Shown here in pieces: positions 1-8,899 of a DNA stretch of 60,751 nt. Location of the stretch: positions 1 through 60,751 of IMG/VR virus record IMGVR_UViG_3300047552_001108. One strand, written 5' to 3'. The translations under genes and the position numbers were made by a program. Source of the DNA: a virus. Its lineage: Duplodnaviria; Caudoviricetes. The notes under the pieces are model-generated. The model was not told the origin of the DNA. It was given only the letters and a program-made list of their open reading frames with translations, and did no database searches. Positions within the stretch are counted from its first letter, which is position 1. The number at the start of each line of letters is the position of its first letter.

Positions 1-149
1 TCCAGCCTTGTGCCGGTGGATGCCTACGACGTGCAGTGGCGCGTTTCCGGCGCGGTGAACTGGATCGAGCAGCGCTTTGCGCGCGGCACGCCGATCTTCT
101 TGTCCCCGGTGCAAGAGGGCGTCACCCACGAGGTGCGCGTCCGGGCCGT
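1..149. repeat. Terminal direct repeat, left copy (circular overlap with 60604-60751)
   Basis: 1-149 is identical to 60604-60751 except for one C missing in the right copy (gtcacccacg vs gtcaccacg). Confidence 0.97.
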
Positions 150-3100
150 CTCGACGTATCGCCAGTACAGCGACTGGTCATCGACCAGCACCCACACGGT
201 ATCGGGCAAGAACCTGCCGCCGAGCAACGTGGCTGGCCTTGTTGCCGCGATCAAACCGGGCGTGGTCGAGATCCGATGGACCGCAGCCACCGACCTCGAC
301 TACGCGGCCACAGAACTACGATACGGGGCCACCTGGGCCGCCGGCACGTTCTTGTGGAAAGGTGTTGCCAACGCCTACTCTTGGCCGCGTCCCGCAAACG
401 CGACCTACAAGATTTGGGCCGCCCATATCGACACGTCCGGCAACTACAGCGCAACGCCGGCCAGCGTCGACGTGACCGTCACCAACGCCATCGACCCTGC
501 TCGGACGATCATCCTGACGATCTACCGCAGGGCCACAACCACGCCCGCGCTTCCGTCGGTCGATGCGACCTACGACTTCAGCACCAATGCGCTGACCGGG
601 CTGAACAACGGGTGGTCGCTGACGGCTCCATCGGGCGATGAACCGCTGTGGGTCGCGACGGCCACCACCACGGGCAATGTGACCGACACCATCGCGCCCA
701 ACGAGTGGAGCACTCCGCAGCAGTTGCTCACGAGCGGCCTGACGACGGCCGTGGTCGAACTTTTCCAGCGCACGCCGACCATCACTCCGCCTTCGGTCGC
801 AACCACCGGCAGCACCACGTACACCTTCGCAACAGGAGCCGTGAGTGGGGCGCCATCGGGGTGGACCAACACCGTGCCCAGCAGCGGTGGCGGTTACCTC
901 TGGGTGATCCGTGCGACCGCAGCCGCTTCAGGAGCCACCGACGCCATCCCGAACACTGAGTGGACATCGCCCGCTCTGTTGGCGCAGGACGGGGCCACCG
1001 GCGCCACGAACGCCCTGGTCTACATCTATCAGCGTGCCGCATCGCAGCCGGCTTTGCCCACTGCGTCTGTGACCTTCACGTTTGCAACGGGCACGATTTC
1101 AGGCCTCAACAACGGCTGGTCCCCCACGGCGCCTGCCGGGAGCGACCCGCTGTGGGTCTCTGTTGCAACGGCGAATTCGAACGCATCCACAGACACGATT
1201 GCTGCGAACGAGTGGGCATCGCCCGTCGTACTCGTGCAGAACGGGGCAAATGGGGCAAACGGCCTGAACGCGGCGACGATCTACTTGTTCCAGCGCACCA
1301 CAGGCGCAACGCCAAGCCTGCCGAGTGCGAACGTGACCTACACCTTTGCAACCGGGTCAGCATCGGGTGTCAACAACGGCTGGACTCAGACGATGCCGGA
1401 CACGGGAGGTGGATATCGGTGGATGACCACTGCCACCGCCGTCTCGACCGGCAGTACCGACACCATCACGCCCGGAGAGTGGGCTTCGGTAGCGTTGATC
1501 GCCCAAGATGGGACGAACGGCACCAACGGAACGAACGGCACGAACGGCGTCGATGCCACTCAATCCGCCACGGTCACGCTCTACCAGTGGTCGCCTACGC
1601 AGCCTTCGAACCCGAACGGCCAATCGACCTACACATGGGCAACGGCCGCGCATAGCGGCTACACGGGTGGCAACGGTTGGTCCACCTCCGTGCCACCAAA
1701 CCCCGGCACCCCGGGCATCCTGTTGTGGATGGCGACAAAGACCATCACGGCAACCGCGACGGCGACATCGAGTGCTGTTTCGTGGTTGAGTGGGTACACG
1801 GTGGCTGCTCTGTCGCAGAACGGTGCGAATGGCGCCAATGGCACGAATGGGACCAACGGCACCAACGGTGCCAACGGCATTCAACGTGCCGAACCCACGG
1901 TCTACCAGTGGGCGCCGACCATCCCTGCGGGGCCATCGGGCGCTGCCACGTACACCTGGGCCAGTGGCACGTTCGGCTCGGCCCCGGCGGGTTGGTCGTT
2001 GACCCCTGGCACGTCACCTTCGGTCGGGTACACCCTGTGGGCAGCCAGCGTTCCAATCACTGACTCCGCTGCGAACACCACCACCAGCTTCAACTGGACC
2101 AGCGCTTCGATCACGGCCCGTGGGTATGCCGGCACCAACGGGGCCAACGGGACCAATGGGACCAACGGGAGCCAAGGTATCCAGGGCGCGTCGGCGCGTA
2201 TCGCCTACGCACGCATCCCGAACAATCCGTCGCCTGTCCCAGCAGTAATCACGGTGGTCGGCGACAACAGGCCGTCTTCATTCGAGTCGGCCAGTTACTG
2301 GAGCCTCAACGTCTCGTGGTCTGCATCGGACCCGGACCCGACATCGACGTCCACTCTCTACCAGACTGACGGCATCTACAACCCGGCCACCAATACCACG
2401 GCATGGTCGACGCCGTACATCAGCAGCCTGAAGGTGGGCACGCTCTCGGCGATCACGGTCAATACCGGCAACCTGACGGTGACCGGCTCGATCAACACGT
2501 CCACGACGGGCTCGATTTACGGTGGCAAGGCCAGCGCGTCGAGCGGCACGGCAGGGTATTTCCTCGGCTACGACTCGGGTGCCTATCAGTTCGCCATCGG
2601 CGATGCCACCAACTCGCTGCGGTGGAATGGGTCTGCGTTGAGCATCACCGGCAACATCACCGGGAACTCGAACCTCAACATCACTGGCACTGCCTTTTTC
2701 AACGGCACGACAAACGCCACTGTCCCAGGCATCAGTGGGAACATCATCGTTCAGGCCGCTGCGATATTCACCACCAGCTTGAGCGACACGGTTGGCCTGT
2801 ATGTCACCAACAGTTCGAGCACTCAGCCTGCGTTGCATGGGGTGAACCGCAGCAGTTCGACAACGGCTGTTGGCGTGCAGGGCACCTCAAGTTATGGCCC
2901 TGGGGTGTACGGTGGCTCAAGTTATGGCATCGGTGTTTCTGGGTGGTCATTCACTCAACCCGGCCTTTATGGGACGTCCGTCAACGGCGTCGGGGTGAAG
3001 GGGGAAGCCTTAAATACCGGCGTGGTCGGTATCTCAACGGCGAGTCACGGCGGGTACTTTGCAACGTCCGCAAGCGATGGCGCTGCTGCTGGTGTGCTGG

Positions 3101-3333
3101 CAGTCAACACCGGAAATGGCGTTGGTCTGAAGGCGTCGGCCACCGCCAGCGCGGCAGGGATCTTCGTGGCCCCCGCTACTTACCCGACCGTCATCCTGCA
3201 GCAGATCAGTTCGATCCCGAGCGTCACGTACTCAGGCGGGCTGGCGAACGTCAATGGCGCTTTGTATTTCTGTGCCGGCAACCAGTGGATGGCGGTGCAG
3301 CTTGTGAACCCGAACGGATCTGGTGGAGGTTAA
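1..3333 (+). CDS. C-terminal part of the central tail fibre / host-specificity protein J-like (continues from 58132)
   Basis: In frame with the ORF starting at 58132 across the overlap. FN3-like domains (YDVQWR..VRVRAVS, VEIRWTA..Y.LRYG), then 6-7 repeats of about 85 aa joined by G-T/A-N triplets, then a G-V-x-G beta-rich tip. Confidence 0.88.
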   Translation, partial: SSLVPVDAYDVQWRVSGAVNWIEQRFARGTPIFLSPVQEGVTHEVRVRAVSTYRQYSDWSSTSTHTVSGKNLPPSNVAGLVAAIKPGVVEIRWTAATDLDYAATELRYGATWAAGTFLWKGVANAYSWPRPANATYKIWAAHIDTSGNYSATPASVDVTVTNAIDPARTIILTIYRRATTTPALPSVDATYDFSTNALTGLNNGWSLTAPSGDEPLWVATATTTGNVTDTIAPNEWSTPQQLLTSGLTTAVVELFQRTPTITPPSVATTGSTTYTFATGAVSGAPSGWTNTVPSSGGGYLWVIRATAAASGATDAIPNTEWTSPALLAQDGATGATNALVYIYQRAASQPALPTASVTFTFATGTISGLNNGWSPTAPAGSDPLWVSVATANSNASTDTIAANEWASPVVLVQNGANGANGLNAATIYLFQRTTGATPSLPSANVTYTFATGSASGVNNGWTQTMPDTGGGYRWMTTATAVSTGSTDTITPGEWASVALIAQDGTNGTNGTNGTNGVDATQSATVTLYQWSPTQPSNPNGQSTYTWATAAHSGYTGGNGWSTSVPPNPGTPGILLWMATKTITATATATSSAVSWLSGYTVAALSQNGANGANGTNGTNGTNGANGIQRAEPTVYQWAPTIPAGPSGAATYTWASGTFGSAPAGWSLTPGTSPSVGYTLWAASVPITDSAANTTTSFNWTSASITARGYAGTNGANGTNGTNGSQGIQGASARIAYARIPNNPSPVPAVITVVGDNRPSSFESASYWSLNVSWSASDPDPTSTSTLYQTDGIYNPATNTTAWSTPYISSLKVGTLSAITVNTGNLTVTGSINTSTTGSIYGGKASASSGTAGYFLGYDSGAYQFAIGDATNSLRWNGSALSITGNITGNSNLNITGTAFFNGTTNATVPGISGNIIVQAAAIFTTSLSDTVGLYVTNSSSTQPALHGVNRSSSTTAVGVQGTSSYGPGVYGGSSYGIGVSGWSFTQPGLYGTSVNGVGVKGEALNTGVVGISTASHGGYFATSASDGAAAGVLAVNTGNGVGLKASATASAAGIFVAPATYPTVILQQISSIPSVTYSGGLANVNGALYFCAGNQWMAVQLVNPNGSGGG

Positions 3334-3337
3334 TCTC

Positions 3338-3682
3338 ATGCCCAACTACAAACAAACGACGGTCAGCGGTGAGTCCTGGCAGCGCTGTTACAGCGTCACG
3401 ATGCGCAACCCGCTGGAGGGTGCAAAGCAGGTGGTGTTCGCCGAGGAAACCGTGGTGGACGTCGGCGGCCAACAGACCCGCTTCCCGGCTACCGGATGCT
3501 TCCAGGCCTTTGATGCCGATGGCGAGTTCCCTTTGCTGGACCCGGTGACCGGGCTTCAGGTCGGCACCGCGACCCATGCCCAGGTCTACGCCCTGCTGTA
3601 CTCGCTCTACATGGACACGGCTGCCAAACGCGACGCCACGCCGGAGGTCTACTCCACCGCGCTTCCGGGGGTTCCGGGATGA
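3338..3682 (+). CDS. Small fibre-associated protein (putative fibre chaperone), paralogue of 33447-33827
   Basis: GGAGGT at 3325-3330 before ATG 3338. Shares YK.TTV.G....RC, FAEE, LDP.TGL..GT, AQVY..YS.Y and RD with 33447-33827. Confidence 0.7.
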   Translation: MPNYKQTTVSGESWQRCYSVTMRNPLEGAKQVVFAEETVVDVGGQQTRFPATGCFQAFDADGEFPLLDPVTGLQVGTATHAQVYALLYSLYMDTAAKRDATPEVYSTALPGVPG

Positions 3683-4233
3683 CGCGCACGATCATCGCCA
3701 TCATGGGCGTCGCCGGCAGCGGAAAAACGGTGGTGGCCCGCCGCCTGGAAAACTACGGGTTCCAGCGCACCCGATTCGCGGCGCCGATCAAGGCCATGCT
3801 GAAGGTCGGCCTCGGCCTGAGCGATGCGCAGCTGGAGGGCGACCAGAAGGCCACGCCCATCCACGACCTTGGCGGGGCTTCGGCCCGGATGCTCATGCAG
3901 ACCCTCGGCACGGAGTGGGGCCGACGGATGATCCACCCGGACCTGTGGGCCAGCGCCTGGAAGCGCCATGTGGCCCGGATGGATGGACCTGTGGTGGTGG
4001 ACGACCTTCGGTTCCCGAATGAGGCCGCCGCAATCCGTGAAATGGGCGGGGTGATCTGGCGCGTCTACCGTCCAGGGTTGGTGACCCTGGACCATGCGTC
4101 CGAGCGGTCGCAGAAGCACATCGATGAGGACTTGCTGCTCAACAACGCCACCACCTTGGCCGACCTCGAAAAATCGGTCGATCTGGCGATGGGGCAGTTC
4201 CTCCGGGCGCGTGGCGAAGCCACGACTCTTTGA
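3679..4233 (+). CDS. Deoxynucleoside monophosphate kinase (T4 gp1-like)
   Basis: P-loop GVAGSGKT, FAAPIK, R.LMQTLGTEWGR, VVDDLRFPNE and H.SE motifs. Confidence 0.88.
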   Translation: MTRTIIAIMGVAGSGKTVVARRLENYGFQRTRFAAPIKAMLKVGLGLSDAQLEGDQKATPIHDLGGASARMLMQTLGTEWGRRMIHPDLWASAWKRHVARMDGPVVVDDLRFPNEAAAIREMGGVIWRVYRPGLVTLDHASERSQKHIDEDLLLNNATTLADLEKSVDLAMGQFLRARGEATTL

Positions 4234-4266
4234 CACCTACCGGAAAGTTGGACACCTGAAGCACAA

Positions 4267-4287
4267 AGGCCCGGAAGACCCGGGCCT
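4267..4287 (-). terminator. Intrinsic terminator-like hairpin downstream of the tRNA 3' end in attP
   Basis: AGGCCCGG-aagac-CCGGGCCT stem, followed by TTGTG on the minus strand. Confidence 0.6.
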
Positions 4288-4311
4288 ATGTGTTTGATGC
4301 CTTAAGGGAAA

Positions 4312-4361
4312 TGGTCGGGGCGAGAAGATTCGAACTTCCGACCCCCTGCACCCCATGCAGG
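4312..4361 (-). mobile_element. attP: attP core: 3' half of tRNA-Pro(GGG)
   Basis: Minus strand reads CCTGC-ATGGGGT-GCAGG-GGGTC-GGAAG-TTCGAAT-CTTCT-CGCCCCG-A-CCA (anticodon arm GGG, T arm, acceptor 3' strand, CCA). It lies next to the integrase and has no 5' half. Confidence 0.9.
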
Positions 4362-4463
4362 ACGGCCAGCACCGCAAGCCTTTGATGCGTTGGTGGTATC
4401 TACCCCCTACGTCCAACGTTTTAAGGCCGCCACGGCCCGAATTCAGCCCTCCGTGCGGGGCAT

Positions 4464-5528
4464 TCACTCGGGCGAGTTGGACACCTTCTTGGGCAAGGCC
4501 AGCCCGAGGTCTGCCTCCTTGACCTCGAACCCGCGCAGGTAGCCCTCGGTGGTGGTCACCGAAACGTGGCCGGCAGCGTCGGCCAACTGCTGCAGGGACA
4601 GGCCCGCACGCTTGGCGTCAGAAAGTGCCTTTGGGCGAAGGTCGCGCATCCAGGCGTCTGCCACGCCTGCGCGGCTCCTGGCCCGCCTCCATGCCGACTT
4701 AACGGCCGATGCGGACAGCGGGGTGCCCTTGAGGGTGTGGAACACGTAGACCGGCGACTTCACCTTGCCCAGGCTCTTGGCCCGGTCGAGCACCTCCTGA
4801 ATGGCCGGGGTGATCTGCACGGCGATCTTGGCAGCGCTCGACTTTCGCGTCTTGGTCGGCTCAAGCAGGATTTCGGTCTTGCGAATGTCCGACCACCTGA
4901 GAAGCCGCACGTCCTTGGCTCTGGCGGCCGTGAGATAGGCCATGGCGAACAGGGCTGCGTACATCTCGCCGTTGGCGTTCTTCCAGGCCTTCCCGGTGCC
5001 GCTGTGCCGCCGGCCCGCCACGGCCGCCTCCATGACCTTCGCTGTGACCTCATGGGTCTGGTACACCCGACGAGGCCGTTCGTCGAGTTTGCGGACGTCG
5101 CGGCAAGGGTTGGCCTTCAGGATGCGCTTCTCGATGGCGTAGGTGCAGAGCACGGAAAGCAGGGCTTGGTACTTGTTCGCGCTGCGGGGCTTGTCCTTCC
5201 ACTGGTCGCGCAGGTCCATGACGTGGCCGGCGTCCAGTTCGGCGACGTCGATGTCGCGGAACGCCGCCTCGATCTTGGTGAGCATCAGCCCGTAGTCGCG
5301 CTGCGTGCAGGCCTCGTAGCCGGCAAGGCGCTCCCGCTTCCAGTCGGCGATGAGTGCCCCCCAGGAGCCTGGGCGGGCCGCCGGTGCGTCTTTGAACTTC
5401 GCCAGGGCACGCAGCATGGCCGGTTCGCCGTCAGCGATGGCGCAGAGGCGGTGCCACTTGCCTTGCCGGTCTACGAAAAAAAACGCGCCGTGGCGCGTGT
5501 AGACCCGCTTGTAGCCGGTGCTGCTCAT
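4464..5528 (-). CDS. int: Tyrosine recombinase / phage integrase
   Basis: LTAAR..DV..L.WSDI, KT.K, RDLR (in place of HxxR), AGH and terminal GY; adjacent to attP. Confidence 0.92.
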   Translation of the reverse strand: MSSTGYKRVYTRHGAFFFVDRQGKWHRLCAIADGEPAMLRALAKFKDAPAARPGSWGALIADWKRERLAGYEACTQRDYGLMLTKIEAAFRDIDVAELDAGHVMDLRDQWKDKPRSANKYQALLSVLCTYAIEKRILKANPCRDVRKLDERPRRVYQTHEVTAKVMEAAVAGRRHSGTGKAWKNANGEMYAALFAMAYLTAARAKDVRLLRWSDIRKTEILLEPTKTRKSSAAKIAVQITPAIQEVLDRAKSLGKVKSPVYVFHTLKGTPLSASAVKSAWRRARSRAGVADAWMRDLRPKALSDAKRAGLSLQQLADAAGHVSVTTTEGYLRGFEVKEADLGLALPKKVSNSPE

Positions 5529-5725
5529 GTCACCTTCCTCACTTGGCGGACGGCCTTGGCCTGCGGGGGCCGGGTGGCCGACTCAAGGTGCGCCCGGAGA
5601 ACAACCGGCTCACCGGACGCGTTGACGTAGGCAGGGATGCCGTAGTGGTCCCGAATCCAGGCCACTTGGTCCCGTGGGCGCCGGTAGCCGGTGACCATCA
5701 CCAACTCCACCTGGGTCAGAAGCAT
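5525..5725 (-). CDS. DUF4224-like protein, probable excisionase
   Basis: LT..EL...TGY.RP..Q..W....GIP......G.PVV.R pattern; overlaps the int start. Confidence 0.7.
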   Translation of the reverse strand: MLLTQVELVMVTGYRRPRDQVAWIRDHYGIPAYVNASGEPVVLRAHLESATRPPQAKAVRQVRKVT

Positions 5726-5746
5726 GGCTCTGGCCTCGAAACCCGG

Positions 5747-6103
5747 TCAAGTGAAGCCGACCATCAGCGAGGGCGGCCGGGGCAGATCGGCCCCGGTTGG
5801 GCGCCATAGGTGCAGGCAGTTCGGGTGGTTGTTGACGTAGTCGCTGCGGGGCGGGTGGTATTGCACAACGCAGTCGTCCTCGGTCCAGAACAGCGCCTTG
5901 ATCTGGCACATCTCGTCCCAGGTCGGCGACCGGTCCTTGCGCGACACGCTCACATGCTCCCAGCCCAACTGATTGCTTGCGATCACGAACACCCGTTGGC
6001 CGTGCTTGAGGGGCACCTCGAAAGCGCCGCTGCAGCCGAAGCTGGCGTCGCTCCCGAGGCGCCCATCCCGCACCCGGTACTTCTCAGGTACGCGGAACGC
6101 CAT
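5747..6103 (-). CDS. Conserved phage hypothetical protein
   Basis: GWEHVSVS..R.PTW.EM..IK.LFW...VQYHP...YVN.HP.CLHLWRP, a common phage motif; ATG at 6103. Confidence 0.75.
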   Translation of the reverse strand: MAFRVPEKYRVRDGRLGSDASFGCSGAFEVPLKHGQRVFVIASNQLGWEHVSVSRKDRSPTWDEMCQIKALFWTEDDCVVQYHPPRSDYVNNHPNCLHLWRPTGADLPRPPSLMVGFT

Positions 6104-6105
6104 GG

Positions 6106-6378
6106 TCAGGCCGCCTGCAGTGATGGGTTGAGCATGTCCACAGGCATGCCGTGCATCCGGCCCTTGCACTTGATCCACGGGCCGTCCGGGTGGTGGTTGC
6201 CATCCCAGCGCATGAGCGCGTCAGCTGCATCTTCGTGCCGTTCGAAGCAGTACCGGCGCTCGTAGCCTTTCTCGTCTAGGCCGACCATCAGGCCGACCGT
6301 GAACATGAACTGCTGCAGGCCGCACATCTGCCCGTTGATTTTGCGCAGGTGGGTGTAGCCGAGGTCGTGGAGGTTCAT
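6106..6378 (-). CDS. Hypothetical protein
   Basis: Compact ORF packed in the operon with overlapping start/stop codons. Confidence 0.7.
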   Translation of the reverse strand: MNLHDLGYTHLRKINGQMCGLQQFMFTVGLMVGLDEKGYERRYCFERHEDAADALMRWDGNHHPDGPWIKCKGRMHGMPVDMLNPSLQAA

Positions 6379-6854
6379 GCGTCCTCCCGCGTCACTGTTT
6401 CGCTCTCGTTGCCTGTGGCGAGATACCCGGAGGTCGGGCTGTAGCCGTTACCACCAGGGTGCCCATCGACAGGCTTTGCCACTTGACGCTGCACCGTCTC
6501 GCGCACCGCGTTTGGCTTGAACACCATGTTCATCGCTGCCTGCCACGTATCGGCCACCGCCTTGTGCTTCTCGGCCTCGTAGACAGCCTTCTTGCCGTCC
6601 TCGGCGGACTTCTGCATCGCTGCTATCCGAGAGTTCAGCCCTTCAATTTCCAGGCGCTGCTGGTTGAGCAAGGCTGATTGATCCCGGTTCGTCTTGAGCA
6701 GTTCGTCGTATCGCCCTCGCAGCGTGTCGCGCTCAACCGTCACGGCGTCCAGCGAATCCTTGATCTTCTTAATACCTTCCAGGGCGTCCAGCCCGAAGGT
6801 GTGCGACGCGACCAGATCGTCGATCTGGGAAAGCAGTTGCTCTTTGGTGCTCAT
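6375..6854 (-). CDS. Hypothetical coiled-coil protein
   Basis: Heptad-rich central region; ATGA overlaps with neighbours. Confidence 0.7.
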   Translation of the reverse strand: MSTKEQLLSQIDDLVASHTFGLDALEGIKKIKDSLDAVTVERDTLRGRYDELLKTNRDQSALLNQQRLEIEGLNSRIAAMQKSAEDGKKAVYEAEKHKAVADTWQAAMNMVFKPNAVRETVQRQVAKPVDGHPGGNGYSPTSGYLATGNESETVTREDA

Positions 6855-7408
6855 GCTGCCTCCCCAAATGCCCTGATCCGCTGGGCAAGGCAGCCGCTGT
6901 AGTCGTCCATGGCGGCAAGCTGTGCGAGCAATCTCACCCGCTCTTCGTTCGGAAGCTCGTGGAAGGTATTAGTGCTGGTGAAGGCCGCCAGCTTCTTGAT
7001 GCGCTCGTCCAGTTCCGCCGCCTCGGCCCGCACGCGGGTGCGGAAGTCGGGCGACTGCGCGGCCAGCCGCTCCTTGAGCGCATATCCCATCAGCGGCCAC
7101 ACCTTACTGATTGCGTTGGCCCGGGCGATCTTGCGGCCCACCTCGGCGTCGAAGTTCTCGGGGCTGGCGCACGCACTCTCACCCGTGACGGTGAATCCGT
7201 TGCGCAGCACCAGGACGCAGAAGGTCAGCAAGTTAAGTGGCTGCACCCAGCCATCCGGCAGCACACTCATGTTGCAACTGCCAGCGCACCCTTGTGCCGC
7301 AGTGAAGTAGTGCGCCGAGGCGATATTGGCCTCAATGTCCTGCGGAGTCACACGCGGGGCGGTCAGGCCCTTGGCCTGGATTTCTTGCTCGATCTGTTGG
7401 TCGTTCAT
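6851..7408 (-). CDS. Fusion of a Gp49/Gp66-family domain (Acb4-like) and a crAss001_48-like domain (Sequestin-like); putative anti-defence nucleotide sponge
   Basis: N-term PRVT..DIE..I....Y..LTFCVLVLRNGFTVTGESACASPENFD.E.G.KIAR.NA..K.W.L.GY. C-term R...E..EL.ERI.KL..F.....F..L...ER..L..Q...M..Y...L..RI..F. Confidence 0.75.
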   Translation of the reverse strand: MNDQQIEQEIQAKGLTAPRVTPQDIEANIASAHYFTAAQGCAGSCNMSVLPDGWVQPLNLLTFCVLVLRNGFTVTGESACASPENFDAEVGRKIARANAISKVWPLMGYALKERLAAQSPDFRTRVRAEAAELDERIKKLAAFTSTNTFHELPNEERVRLLAQLAAMDDYSGCLAQRIRAFGEAA

Positions 7409-7653
7409 GCGGCGTCTCCTGCGGTCTTGGCAGGCTCTGCCTTGGGCACTTCGGCCTTGGCAAGGGATTCCTTCGCTGCAGCCTCCGCTGCTTGCTTTGC
7501 CGCGTTCGCTGCGTTCATGGCGTTGATAGCCTCGTTGCCACGCTGCTGAAGCAGGGCGATGTGGTTGGCGGAGAACTCGTAGGGCATCTTCGCCAGCGCC
7601 TGGATCGCTGCGTTGACCGTTTCGAGGGGAATGGTGACGTTGATCTCGTTCAT
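7405..7653 (-). CDS. Hypothetical protein
   Basis: Packed in the operon; L.K.PYE.S...I..L..Q motif and Ala-rich tail. Confidence 0.65.
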   Translation of the reverse strand: MNEINVTIPLETVNAAIQALAKMPYEFSANHIALLQQRGNEAINAMNAANAAKQAAEAAAKESLAKAEVPKAEPAKTAGDAA

Positions 7654-7706
7654 GCTTCTAGTTCCTTGGTGCGCCGCGCATTAGGGGCTGCGCGGCATGG
7701 CCCTGA

Positions 7707-8534
7707 TCAGTTGCTGCGGGTGTACTTGCCGAGTGACACGGGAATGCCGGACTTGATGGTCGCCGACACCTTGGCCGCGAACTGCAGCGCCATCTCTTCG
7801 CCGTGCTGTTCCTGCTTCACGATACGCAGAACCGGCACCGGCTTGTCTGCCCCGGTGAGGACTCCGAATCGCATCACGAACAGCCGCTCAGGCAGGCCTG
7901 CATACGGTTCGCAGGTGAAATAGATGTGTGTCGGGATCGGGTCAGCACTCGTGGCCTGCACCGACTCGAACGTGGACTTCGATGCGGCCAGAGACTGCTC
8001 GCTGCTTTCCAGCTTGCGCATGGACTCGATGCTCAACTTGCGGATGGCCGTGATGGCCTTCTTGCCGGTCACCTTCTCGTTGTCCTTGAAGCACTCGATC
8101 ATGTCTTGCCAGTCCTCCAAGAACTCGGCCGCTGCCGCTTGAGAAAGGCCGCGACCGTTCGCGTGCTGCAGCAGGGCCTCGTAGGCGGCGGTCTTTTTCA
8201 TGGTCACGACGGCGAGGTTGTCGGCGTGTCCAGGCTCGTCCTTCGTGCCAAGGTTCAGGACTGCCGTGGCGCTCATCGATTGGGCGTCGACAAAAACTCG
8301 TGCGCCGTCGCTGGAGTGCGCGACGGTGTACTCGGCAAACGCCTCAACCGATTCGGTGCTCATCACTCCGCGTGCGCGTCGGCGAACCGCCATGTATGGC
8401 TCAAGGTCGCGCAGCTTGAAATGCTCTGGCAGCGCGGCAATGGTGTCGCCCGCGAGGGCCGACTGGACCGCATCAATAGCCTGCTGGATCGATGCGCCCT
8501 CAGAGATGGCTTCGATGGCTTCTTTGTCGAACAT
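7707..8534 (-). CDS. DUF2303 (YfdQ-like) protein
   Basis: DLE.YM..RRR.RG.M.T.S...F..Y, A.AVLNLG....PGHAD, Q...AEFLEDW and C.PY.GL..R motifs; AAAGGAAG RBS before ATG 8534. Confidence 0.8.
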   Translation of the reverse strand: MFDKEAIEAISEGASIQQAIDAVQSALAGDTIAALPEHFKLRDLEPYMAVRRRARGVMSTESVEAFAEYTVAHSSDGARVFVDAQSMSATAVLNLGTKDEPGHADNLAVVTMKKTAAYEALLQHANGRGLSQAAAAEFLEDWQDMIECFKDNEKVTGKKAITAIRKLSIESMRKLESSEQSLAASKSTFESVQATSADPIPTHIYFTCEPYAGLPERLFVMRFGVLTGADKPVPVLRIVKQEQHGEEMALQFAAKVSATIKSGIPVSLGKYTRSN

Positions 8535-8544
8535 GGTGCTTCCT

Positions 8545-8886
8545 TTATGCCGGCTCTTTGCCGAAGATCTGCAGTTGGTTTTCAGGGGCGAGGGACAGCT
8601 TCCCGTACTTGCCGACGTGCATCGGGGTCGAGCGGCTTTCTTTCTCGGTGGCTTCACCGTCCATGGTCGGGCGGCTGAATTTCAGCGTGTGCTTGATGTG
8701 AACCTGGGACGTTCCGGGGATCGCAACCACCGAGAACTCGACGGTCACCTTGCCTTGTCGGGCGTTATCGCACACGGCGGCAGCGACGGAGGACAGGGCA
8801 ATCGACAGCTTGCGTTCGAAGATGCCGCCATCGAGGTCGCTGATGAACTCAGAGACGTCGGTTGCAGCAGAGAGTGATTCAGACAT
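8545..8886 (-). CDS. YfdP-like protein (usual partner of DUF2303)
   Basis: T.V.EFI.DLDGG.F..KLS.ALS.VA..V......GKVT and TPM.VGK.G.LS..PE.Q; AAGGAG RBS. Confidence 0.75.
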   Translation of the reverse strand: MSESLSAATDVSEFISDLDGGIFERKLSIALSSVAAAVCDNARQGKVTVEFSVVAIPGTSQVHIKHTLKFSRPTMDGEATEKESRSTPMHVGKYGKLSLAPENQLQIFGKEPA

Positions 8887-8899
8887 TGGTGCTCCTTGG

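Larger units (their letters stand above)
4229..4486. repeat. Putative integrase arm-type binding sites flanking the attP core
   Basis: AGTTGGACACCT at 4246-4257 and 4475-4486, TTTGACACCT at 4229-4238, and an inverted GTCCAAC at 4411-4417. Confidence 0.6.

Noticed and set aside
1243-2187. AACGGCACC-type tandem DNA repeats as regulatory elements
   Set aside because: Fully explained by G-T-N/G-A-N collagen-like linkers in the protein.
4312-4361. Complete tRNA-Pro gene
   Set aside because: Only the anticodon arm to CCA is present; upstream sequence forms no D arm or acceptor 5' strand, so it is treated as attP.
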